From Tubiluchus corallicola (Eukaryota; Animalia; Priapulida): a DNA stretch of 64,000 nucleotides. The stretch is from assembly GCA_030141605.1 (NCBI GenBank), contig JAQGDQ010000571.1:74518-138517 (forward strand). Direction: 5' to 3'. The notes under the pieces were generated by a model. The model worked only from the letters and a program-made list of their open reading frames with translations. It had not been told where the DNA came from and did not search any database. Both the position numbers and the translations under genes were made by a program. Below are positions 52,296-64,000 of this stretch, piece by piece (position 1 is the stretch's first letter; every line of letters starts with the position of its first letter).

Positions 52296-55200
52296 GTATT
52301 CCAGATGTTCTTTGCAAATATACTATAATTATGATCAAAAAGTTTCTAGATGGCCGCCAATCTGAATTGTTAAATCTGTAAAATAGCTACCATGTCGAAT
52401 CGCGTATCCATTTACTAGCCAGGCCTTATTTAGCCTAATTTATTAATATACCACTATATTGCACAATTTCTAAACCTATGTGCGTTTTGTTAAATATGAC
52501 TGAACGCGTTCTGTTTGCTAATTATATCGCAATAATTGCCTTTATTGCCTCGTTTAAATTAATTTTAATAATTGCATTCAATTATTTAAATTGGTAGAAT
52601 AGAAATTGGCACATGAGATTAGCCTGTAATATATTAAACGGATTTCGTAGAGCAAATGTTTTGGTTGATTCATATTTAATCTAATTTCTGTAACTGATGA
52701 ACTATTTATACGAATGATCATTCATAAAAGAAGTTACAATAAAATTACAATACAATCAAATTCACATCAAAAATAAATCACGTTATAAACAAGTATGTTA
52801 TTTCACAGAAGGTTTCAGATGTTTAGGTCCTTACAAAATTCATTTTCTAGTAAAAGTTCAACGGTGACTTATATTTCGTACGGAAGGATTGACCAGGATT
52901 ATTAATTTCATAGATGACTCGAACAATGTAGCCATCTGAGTGAGACTTAAGACTTTTATGAAACGTAAGTTCTCTTAAATAGATTAAATAGTTCAATGGC
53001 ATCGTATTACAGAAGTACTGAATCAATCTAACGCTGTAACATCAGTGTGTTAAATTTGAGGCGATTCTGTCGTTTTTTCTTATAATATCGCGATCAAAAC
53101 TTCGGCATATTTTTGCGCCACCTGATACATATATATATCCGAGACATTAGTTCTTTGAAAATGACAATAAGTTAGGTACCGGTCTGCCCACAAAGACGGC
53201 GTTGAGCATTTCTTGCCATTGAATGACAGATTTTTGATTGTATAAGTGCATAGAAACTGTGTTACTTTTGGAAAGTTAATTGGAGTTCCACGGCTCAATG
53301 AACCCATATTTAATCTAAAAATAATAATTAATTTCATGCCTCCTAATGAGTTATTCTATTAATGTCAAATAAGTGCTTTAACAATAATTACGATTAATTC
53401 AAACCAAAGCTAAATCGTCTTCTGTTCTTCCTGTAACGTAAACTGCATTTTAATTTGCTTTTCTCTTTCGCGCGAGACGTATCTTAATTTGCTTTTGACA
53501 TTTTAGCCACTTCGCTTCCTAATTTCCCCGCATCTTTTCCACGTTAAAAAGTCAACTTAACATTTTAATTATCGCAAACGAAGCGATTCATAGTTTTCGA
53601 ATACTTTCGCGTAGACCTGTAATTAAAGGAAAAAAGACCAACGCACTTTAGATCGCTTTATATCGATCCGCGCTATTATAAATATTCCATTAAAAACCGT
53701 CAATTTTCCGTTAAACGTAGTTAACGTTAAGTAACGAGTTGCAAGCGTTAATTATGGTACGGAATTTCTGAAAGAAAAAAAAACTTCAGTGTTGTACTGG
53801 AAATCTTGCATTGGCGTGCTTTGCGGCCTTCACTTGTTGTTGGTTTTGGCCACCTTGTGGTGATTTTTTGACGTGATCAGTTTGATCTGGTCAGAGGCCT
53901 ACTGTGAAGTGAGGACGTGTCATGGTGGGTTGATAAGATGTTGTCGTTATCTGTTACAATTTCTTATGATTTGGGGCTAATAACGTACGTAAATACTCTA
54001 ATTACTTTATAAAATTTACATTCACTTTAAGATAACAGCTATTTATTGATTAATGCGACGGTGCAGTGTGAAACTCTGAATTACGTAAAATTGACTTTTG
54101 GCTTGTGTTATTTTTTGTCATTTGTTTATGGTTTTGTTTAGATGGAATGATACGTTTTGGCCAAATAAAGAGGGAAGAAAGAGCAAAAAGTGTCATTTTG
54201 TGTGAAGCTGTGCAATTTGTGGGACATTGTATTTCGATGGTCTGCTTACCCTAAGCTTAAAGGAAAGCGTTCTGGAAAGTTAGCATTATTTCAATGTTAG
54301 CGAAAAATGTGAGACATGCGACTGCAAATAGGTACGCAGCATTGCGCACTTTATTTTATCAAAGGTTCGCTAGATGGCAGGAAGAATGCAGTGAAGTCAC
54401 GTGATTTCGCGTCTAGCAACAACCCAAGGAACGCCGCATGTTCTTGCAACAGCAATTGTTTGTGTTTTTATATGTTAAATAAACAATGGAACCGGCTAAG
54501 GCATTGTTTGCAGTCGCGTGAAGGATTTTGTGATAATACTGCATTAAGCGCCTCGTGTAATTAGTGAAATCACTTTAAAGTCGCGATTACTTCATGCTTC
54601 TTCGTTCCCGTTTTCAATGATACTTATTCTTCCCTATCCTTCTACCAATGACGTCATTCGTCTTGAACAAAACTAGCGCACTGTCGACAAAAGTATAATA
54701 TTCTTTTACAAAAAAATTAGATACCCAGTTTTGTAATATTTTTGCGTGAACATTAGGTAAGTTGCCGAAGTTTGAATTAGTTCAAGTAGCGCGTTTGCAG
54801 AAAGCCACGATGCGCTTACGAAAAGTCAAAGTCGATAAAATACGTCATGATTTTCAAGTGAATGGCGGTAACGACCACGCCAGAAAATTTCTATTCAACG
54901 GTAGTATATTTTAAAATTTTATAGAAAGTTATGTGCAAATTTCTATTCATATTTTTCCACCATTGACATCATCGACAGAATGAATAATTAGGATTAATCT
55001 TTTTTTAAACACATAAATGCAATATTTACATAAATGCGCCTCTAGATGCAGGAAGTTTAACTTAATTATAAGTACTCGCATATGCACACACACACCCTCA
55101 CACTCACACACACACACACACACGCACGCACCCCCATCACGCACGCTCGCACATATATTTATGTATTAACATTATGTTTATATATAAACATTGTGCTTAA

Positions 55201-55615
55201 AAACAGTTTCAAAAATTTCTTTATTATGTTCTTCTAAGTTTAAATGATAACAGTAAAACAAACCCCACACAATGAGTGACTTGTCCCTTCATTTAAATAA
55301 AACTCTTTAGGCCTACATGTCTCATTGGTCTCTATTTTAAAGAGAGTTTTAAATTATATCACAGAAACTTTTCACATATACTGACCTGCTTGTCAGACGT
55401 ATGTAAACGGAGAAAAAATTTAAAATATTCGCGCCATTTGCTAAAACGTCATTGTTTCACTATCCTACTGAACATCAAGACATGTCATTGGCTCACCAAA
55501 GACAATAGTAATCTTATTGACAAGGTAGTTTATACAATTCCTTAGTTAGCCAAGAATGCTCTGATTATTTTTTTCAAACTTACGCAATTTTATCTAAACT
55601 TGTTTCAAACGACAA

Positions 55616-56914
55616 ACAGACGGCAAAGGGTTAGATTTAGATGGATCAGTTGACAGACGGCAAAGAGTTAGATTTAGATGGATCAGTTGACAGACGGCAA
55701 AGAGTTAGATTTAGATGGATCAGTTGACAGACGGCAAAGAGTTAGATTTAGATGGATCAGTTGACAGACGGCAAAGAGTTAGATTTAGATGGATCAGTTG
55801 ACAGACGGCAAAGAGTTAGATTTAGATGGATCAGTTGACAGACGGCAAAGAGTTAGATTTAGATGGATCAGTTGACAGACGGCAAAGGGTTAGATTTAGA
55901 TGGATCAGTTGACAGACGGCAAAGGGTTAGATTTAGATGGATCAGTTGACAGACGGCAAAGAGTTAGATTTAGATGGATCAGTTGACAGACGGCAAAGAG
56001 TCAGATTTAGATGGATCAGTTGACAGACGGCAAAGAGTTAGATTTAGATGGATCAGTTGACAGACGGCAAAGAGTTAGATTTAGATGGATCAGTTGACAG
56101 ACGGCAAAGAGTTAGATTTAGATGGATCAGTTGACAGACGGCAAAGAGTTAGATTTAGATGGATCAGTTGACAGACGGCAAAGGGTTAGATTTAGATGGA
56201 TCAGTTGACAGACGGCAAAGGGTTAGATTTAGATGGATCAGTTGACAGACGGCAAAGAGTTAGATTTAGATGGATCAGTTGACAGACGGCAAAGAGTTAG
56301 ATTTAGATGGATCAGTTGACAGACGGCAAAGAGTTAGATTTAGATGGATCAGTTGACAGACGGCAAAGAGTTAGATTTAGATGGATCAGTTGACAGACGG
56401 CAAAGAGTTAGATTTAGATGGATCAGTTGACAGACGGCAAAGAGTTAGATTTAGATGGATCAGTTGACAGACGGCAAAGAGTTAGATTTAGATGGATCAG
56501 TTGACAGACGGCAAAGAGTTAGATTTAGATGGATCAGTTGACAGACGGCAAAGGGTTAGATTTAGATGGATCAGTTGACAGACGGCAAAGAGTTAGATTT
56601 AGATGGATCAGTTGACAGACGGCAAAGAGTTAGATTTAGATGGATCAGTTGACAGACGGCAAAGAGTTAGATTTAGATGGATCAGTTGACAGACGGCAAA
56701 GAGTTAGATTTAGATGGATCAGTTGACAGACGGCAAAGGGTTAGATTTAGATGGATCAGTTGACAGACGGCAAAGAGTTAGATTTAGATGGATCAGTTGA
56801 CAGACGGCAAAGGGTTAGATTTAGATGGATCAGTTGACAGACGGCAAAGAGTTAGATTTAGATGGATCAGTTGACAGACGGCAAAGGGTTAGATTTAGAT
56901 GGATCAGTTGACAG
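55616..56914. repeat. Highly homogeneous 37-bp tandem array, ~35 copies
   Basis: Unit acagacggcaaag[a/g]gttagatttagatggatcagttg, no spacers. Confidence 0.97.
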
Positions 56915-57061
56915 GGCTTTATATACTATTTCGAAAAACCCAATCTCCGGTAAAGCGAAATGGAGAACCTGTGATAAAAAAGGAAATTGAAATATATTTG
57001 TCTTTATTTTACTACTTCTACGTACAAAACTAGAACACTCCGTACTACACCGGGATACTAC

Positions 57062-57600
57062 ACTGGTTGGCATCCTTCTGCCTCGGAAGACAATGGAGTG
57101 TGCGCCAAGAGAGTCAGTTATTGATCACATTGATGGAGCTGCAGCGTCGACTGTGGCTGAGCAGTCCGATCCTTGAACGTCTCCAGGGCGCACGCCTGGG
57201 CAAGCGGTTTGGAGATCCTGAGTTGTCCAGACAACAGGAACCCCCTCTCTTCCTCCCTGGTGTAGTCCAAAGGAAACGTTTGGCACCAGGTTGGCTGCAG
57301 GAGCTGTCGGAGTCAGTGAGCATGCTGCACTGGTCCGCCTTCGGGGCTCCACTCCTGATTTGGAAGGTTTACTCCTCTACGCATGCCCGTTGGGTCACTT
57401 GACCTCCTCCTCCGCCCTCTAGCCGTTGGCTGCTTGTGCAGCTCCTCCACCTAGTGTCAAGACACAATGTGGGCATCCCGCAAGCCTACAGCACCTGGTA
57501 TACCTACCAAGTCATAATTCCAAGTACTAACCAAGCTCTACGTTGCTTAACTTCGGTGATCAGTCGAGAACCGGTGTTTTCAACGTGGTTTGGCCTTAGT
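57062..57600 (-). mobile_element. 5S rRNA-derived SINE, full-length, 8-bp TSD
   Basis: gatactac at 57054-57061 and 57601-57608; reverse complement of the 14525 copy. Confidence 0.9.
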
Positions 57601-58890
57601 GATACTACCCTAATACTGCACGTACTACGGTACTGTATACACTGCAATACACGAATCACATGTAATGTATTTAGCAGTGACTATACTCAAACATTTAGTA
57701 ATCTAAATGCCATTTAGCCTGGACCTACTTGTTCAGCGCGACCTTGAACTACAGCACTCCATTTCTAAACAGGCTGCTCTTCGATCGGCTGACCTATCAA
57801 ACATTAATGCCTTTCGATTCGAGCAGCTCAGGTCATCAGACATGCCCCAACAAAGCCTTCTGGTTAGTGCGATGACAGCTTGATGCGTGATCGTCGATTC
57901 CTTGCTCTGCGGTGTTCTTAACAAAACCGAGAGCCTCAAATGAAAGTAATAGAGCATTTGAGAAACAAAATGTCTGCTATGGACTTCAATGCCACAAGAG
58001 AAGGAAAGCCAACATGGTAAATTGATGTAGTAAATTTTCTGAATTCAGCCAGATGCATTTGACTGATTTTTTGCAACGAATCTTTTGATGAAAGGTTAAC
58101 GTAACTGCACGCTTGGCACTATTTTGTTCTCGCGTAGCGGCCATTTTGAAAACAGCAGCATTTTTGAGACGAAAATGACAGAAAAGGATTCCTCGGGTCC
58201 TGGAATAGATGTCATATTACGCGTCTTATTATTAATTTTCTCAAAATTTCTCTTAATTTACGTTGTTTGTGCAAAAACTTGGCGGCCATTTTGTTTTTTG
58301 CGTTTTTAACCCATTCCCGTTAAATTTTTGAGCTGGCAGCAGCTTTTTTCATATTCGGCATTTCCAATCAGAAAAAACGTCTCAAAGGTTCCACTTTTCT
58401 GAAAATGGGACAGCACTAATATCACTAAGCCAGAATACATGATTCAACAACAGAGCATGCGCAACGATACGTTTGTGGCGAGACTGGAATCAAGCTCATT
58501 ACCAAAGTGACCCTCTGTAAGACGAGGCACCAAGAGACGATCTTAAACTACGCTCGAATCTTCCTTCAACGAGAAACGTAATTTCAGCTAGACTTGGTTA
58601 ACACGCATCTAGCAATAGATGAATAAAACGAATTGAATCCAGGTGGTCAAAAATCAATCATGCGAAGCAAAATCGCGTGACCACACGACTAAAATCACTA
58701 ATGGCTTCTAAGACAACCAAATTATTTAACAAACAATGAATTTTTAATTTAATTTTAACTGCATCAACATGAAAATTTAATGTGATAGCTCAATTATAAG
58801 AAGAAAATAGTATTGGAACAACTGAACGTATTCGATGAATAGGATGTATATTTGGCTACTATGCTAAGTACACACAATGTGGTACTTTAA

Positions 58891-59203
58891 AGCAAACCGG
58901 ACCCAATCTTAAACTGTAGTTCAAACCAATCTAATCGTTAAAATATTGAAAAGAAACATACCATTTTGCAAAAATGACTTACGTGAAAGAATTATTACCA
59001 CACAAACACAATTTCGCGCTCGCGTCTCTAGTTCTTCGCTGTTACTTGCTTTTCGCGATTCAATCGTCAGACGGGCACTAGCGCCTGCATTTCGGAAACG
59101 TATTGTGCAAAAAACAGGTGCTGTACCTCTCAGTTCAGTTGTGTTAATTTGTGACGAACTACATATGTTCCACAGGTCATGCGTGAACACAGCGGTAAAT
59201 TTG
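58891..59203 (+). mobile_element. Kolobok-like MITE family B, 5' half
   Basis: ttaa-agcaaacc...atcttaaactgtag. Confidence 0.75.
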
Positions 59204-59510
59204 ACCGATGAACGACGTGATTGGTGAAAGAATGGGCATTCAAAATGGAAGTGCCCAAGAGTGAAGTGATCGCGACTTTAATACGGATTCTACGGAACAT
59301 TGAAATAAGCTTAACTTTCCGGAAGGTGTGGTCTTTTCCTTTAAACCTGCGCAACGATTTGACACCTGCGCGATATACAGCCAATATGGCAACAGATGAA
59401 AACTGCACAAAGATTCAAAAGTTGACAAAATTTCTCCATTACCGAAGAGTTTACAACAAGAGATGAACTAGTGACGAGAACGTGAAATTGTGTTTATGTG
59501 GTAATAATTC

Positions 59511-60021
59511 TTAAATAATGGATTAAAAACTTAAATAACGGCAAGCGAGCCCAACTATTGATGACATCACAAACTAACATAATTTCCAACAGCAAAAGTA
59601 TTCTACGAGCGTGTTGCACGTGTTTGTGAAAACGAAAACTGAGGTACAGCACTACTTTGAGATATACAGTGTGATGTACTAGGCAAGTTTTGAGATAAAA
59701 ACTCAATTGCAAATTAACCGCTGTGCTCGCGCATGTGCTGTCGAACGTGTAGTTCGTCAAAAACTAACACATCTGAACTGAGAGGTACAGCACCTGTTTT
59801 TGTGCAATGTGTTTCTGAAATGCAGGCGCTAGTGCCGGTCTAACTAGGAAATGGCGAAATGCATGTGACAGCGAAAAACTAGTGGCCCGAACGTGAAGTT
59901 GTATTTGTGTGGTAATAATTCTTTCGCGTAAGTAATTTTTGGAAAAATAGAATGTTTCCTATCAATATTTAAAGAGTAGATTGTTTTGACCTGCAATTTA
60001 GGATTGTGTCCCAGTTTTACT
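59511..60021 (-). mobile_element. Kolobok-like MITE family B, minus copy
   Basis: Reverse complement of family B; ends gttttact-ttaa. Confidence 0.75.
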
Positions 60022-60499
60022 TTAAGGAAAAAAGACCTAGCTACTTATTCCAACACAAGTATCAGCAACGTTTCAGCTATAACATGGTCATAATCACGCA
60101 ACAATCTGTCTGATAAAATAGGGCAATGAAGCCAGTTTTTCAGGTATCACCTGATTCAGGTACCCTCTATATTGAAACGGATCGCCTCTTACGAATTGAG
60201 TACCAAAAAACCACTGATATGGAATGGTCTCACTGATTTCGTTGGTTTAGGCGTATTTTCCTCCTCAGCACCTGCGCCGCAATCTTGTGACCTGGTTGTA
60301 AATACCTTTTTGGATATTATTATGTTAAAAAATTACTGCAATTGCTGTGTATTTAGCGCTACACTTTATATTTAGCAAAATTTGTAAACTAAATATTTAT
60401 TTCGTGTGCAATATTGCGCGTTACACGTATCGCTATTGTAAATGTACATGTTATATTGTCGGTCTTAATGACAGTAAAAAATACTACTGTTACTAATAT

Positions 60500-60888
<389 letters not shown>

Positions 60889-61171
60889 TCTGTATTTTTG
60901 ATATCTAATGGTGTGTTGATAAAACTTTTTTGGATGAAATTGATATGTCAGCAGCTGTCCTACTTGTGATTTCTTTCTGCAGTGTTTCTTTGAAAGGTAA
61001 TCTGAATGGGTTGTCAGCTGGTAGTCGTATAACATGCCCTATCGATTTTATTTTCTCCTTTTGATTTTAACTCTGATTTATGTCTGTGGCTAGCAATAAG
61101 AGAAACCTTTGCACCAAACACGAACAACATAACGTAATAAGTACATGAATTATTATTTAGTGAGTTGTATT

Positions 61172-61693
61172 CAATGGCGGCTCGTAATTAAAATTAATAG
61201 GGTGCTGCTTCAGAAAATTTTTAGCCATTGTTTTAATACAGTGTAAAACGAAACAAAATGTGTGATTTTAATTTTGTAATTTGTAACTGTAATTTTTAAC
61301 AAACAAACATATGAAAGTTTTTTTGCATAAACGTAATCAAATCCTAAACAGACAAATATTTTTTGCTAACTAATAGCCTGAATTATCGCAGTTCAAGCTT
61401 GATTTCTTCGTGCTAAGCACGTGACAAATGACAACAAGCTGTGTGAGCGACAGTACTTTCTCTACCTGGGTTCAGACATGTGCGCATGGCCGCCTGCGCA
61501 CAACAGCCAAACACCGCATTGCTGGTGAGCACACTGTGCTGGGTTGTGAAGCAAACAGTACTACCCTCAGGTGCTCTGAGGCCATACAAGAAGAACCAAA
61601 GAATAAAGTTTATTATATTGAATATTATCGATAATAATGAGTGAACATAGAGGGTGCTGCAGTTCCACAGTACCTATACACGAGCCGCCACTG
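61172..61693. mobile_element. hAT-like non-autonomous element
   Basis: TIR caatggcggctcgt/acgagccgccactg; degenerate 8-bp TSD gttgtatt/gttctact; a lone matching end at ~1483-1496. Confidence 0.7.
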
Positions 61694-62144
61694 GTTCTAC
61701 TGTTACTTTAGGACTGCAAGTGAATTTCTCATTTTTGTCCCTGGTGAAATGTTAGTGGAAAGTAATACGTAGGCCTGGGTCAATTACAACTATTTGCAAC
61801 TGCGTCACTTATATATAATAACTAAACTGTAACTCGCTCACGCAATAACACGTATAGTAGAGACGATCAGACCACTTCCTGAATTATGCAGCACTTAACT
61901 TACAATAATAAGAGAAGGCTTGAGGTCAACGGAGATTTGAGGGACGCTCGTTGCTCAGAAAATCCTTCGTTAATGACTCGCAGTAATTGATGTTGACTAG
62001 AATGGTGCAGCCATGGTGCTAAAAGCATGCATGGTTTCTACACGAGTCTGGAGACTCATTTGCAACGCTGTGTAATAGCATTTAAGCGACGAAATGCTAA
62101 ACTAAATTATTAAACATGAATTTCACGCCACGTCCACGTATTAA

Positions 62145-62617
62145 GGGACAAGAAAAGAGAAATCTTACATAAATCTGAAAAATTCTTCTTGAAATTTTGT
62201 ATCACTTACTTCCGGTCTTACTGCGCATAAAATTGGCGCACAGAAACACCGTATAAAATTGGGTAATTTAAATTTTTGCGATAACTGTTAGGCGCGGCCA
62301 TTTTAAGTCGTTTGAAGCAACTTTAGATAACGTAAATATCGGAAAAATAATCAGAGCATTCGACAGTGCACACTTCACTAACTAAGCGAAAGTACAAATT
62401 ATCTTGTCAGTAAGATTAATTATGTGTTTTCTTGGTGAGCCAGTTACGGTTTTGGTGCACACTGTAATGGTGAAACAGTGACGTTTCTCCAGGTGGCGTG
62501 AACGTTAAAAGATTCAGTTCCAGTTACACGTATCATTCAAACAGGTAAGTGTAATGCAAAGTACTATACTTTGTGTGGATTTTTTTCATATACTTTAAAA
62601 TTCTTCTTTGCCCCCCT
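62145..62617. mobile_element. TTAA-flanked Kolobok-like MITE (termini related to family C)
   Basis: ttaa-gggacaagaaaa...ttctttgcccccct-ttaa. Confidence 0.6.
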
Positions 62618-62621
62618 TTAA

Positions 62622-63455
62622 GTACACAAGCTCAAAAAAATAACGTAACATTTCCAAATCTCATTGTTTCTAATAATGTTAGCCTATGTTTTCAATTTGT
62701 TAACAAATAATAACTTCGACTTACTTTTATTAATTAGCCAAAAACAGCGGAATTTCAATGATTACTTTGAAGAAACGAACAACAAAGCCACACCTTGAAA
62801 CCCATGGGACCTTCTATAGTAAACAGTCACTTCAAAGCCAAATTTGTTGCAAACTTTGTTGGATTTTATCACTCGCCATGTTTCGGAGGGGTGTATAACC
62901 GATGTGATTACTGTGAGCGTGCTTAACAATTGAGGTTAAGTAACGCTAAGACTGGTCAGTAAATGGATTGGACCTCTTGAATTATCAACCATAATCTTCA
63001 AAGATTAGACGCAATGCTAGCAGATGTCTCTCACCCTTGTTCAGATGTGTGTATATCTTACACCAACAAAACTGCTCAGAAGGAGTACCGAATTTGTTGT
63101 CCACCAATCCTTTTGCTGACCAGCTTTAGCGTCACTTAACCCCAGTTATTAAGCACGCTCACAGTAATCACATCGGCTGTTCACCCCACCCATACATGGC
63201 GAGTTCGTTTGATAAAGTCTAACAAAGTTTGAAACAATGTCTTTGAAGTCACTGTTTACTATAGAATGTCCCGTGGGTTTCAAGATGTGGCTTTGTTGTT
63301 CGTTTCTTCAAAGTAATCATTAAAATTCCGCTGTCTCTGGCTAATTAATAAAAGTAAGTCGAAGTTATTATTTGTTAACAAATGAGAAACATTGGCTAAC
63401 ATTGTTAGAAACGAGGAGATTTGGAAATATTACATTATCTTTTGAGCTTGTGTGC
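62622..63455. mobile_element. Foldback element with ~335-bp inverted arms, TTAA on both sides
   Basis: Arms 62622-62959 and 63116-63455, e.g. aataacttcgacttacttttattaattagcc / ggctaattaataaaagtaagtcgaagttatt. Confidence 0.8.
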
Positions 63456-64000
63456 TTAAAAGACAAAAAAAAACACTCTTCAAAACAAAGCTTACAAATT
63501 CGTCTTTTTTTATCACTTACTTGCTGTCTTATTGCAAACAAAGCTTGCATTAGGAGTAACGCTGTATAAAAGGTACAAATTGAAATCGGCCAGATTAGGG
63601 AATTGACCGTTAGACGCACCTTTTTAATGGTCAAGTATTTGATAGCATTGCTAAAAAGTTTGACAACAATGATAACAAGTTTAGATAACATTGTATATTG
63701 TGTGAAAAAATAACCAAAGCATTCATAGCACACTCTTCGCTAATTAAGAAAAAGAATTAATTACTTCATCAAAATTCTTCTTTCTTCCTTTTAGCTACGC
63801 AAGGATTACTATGTCCCAGCAGAAGAAACTGTTTCGCGGCTAAAACTGCCCCTTGAACAGATTCTCAAGGCGTTTACGCATCCATTTACTGGCTAGGTTT
63901 GACGCTGCTTAACTTCAGCAATAACAAAATAATAGCAATTAGAAGATGTATGAAATACCAACAATTTCAAAAAAGTAATCGCAAAACTCCTACTCACTTT

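Noticed and set aside
55616-56914. CRISPR-like 37-bp repeats
   Set aside because: Units are head-to-tail with no unique spacers; eukaryotic context, no cas genes
57733-57957. GC-richer ORF of 74 aa
   Set aside because: No recognisable domain in any frame and no clear splice sites

Overview
AT-rich, repeat-dense animal genomic DNA with GT-AG introns; the NPY/NPF-type gene points to a bilaterian, probably an invertebrate. Splicing by eye gives three genes the ORF track misses. (1) A + strand, 4-exon secreted protein (signal peptide, VWC-like, LDLa, Thr-rich stalk, TSP1; 7641-16248) whose apparent stop lies in a TTAGGG array. (2) A + strand, 2-exon metallothionein of 69 aa with 22 Cys (24559-25974), with an MRE/NFI/TATA promoter. 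(3) A - strand, divergent NPY/NPF precursor ending RPRY-GKR (41473 to about 29975), with the family-diagnostic intron in the Arg codon and a candidate CRE/TATA promoter near 49.3 kb. The rest is transposons and repeats. These include four copies of a 5S rRNA-headed SINE whose body starts with a hammerhead-like three-way junction, a 5'-truncated LINE inserted in (TC)n, LINE 3' fragments, several TTAA-flanked Kolobok-like MITE families, a hAT MITE, long inverted repeats, minisatellites, and pentanucleotide arrays that step through single-base variants. Everything was read by eye; no database search or folding computation was run.
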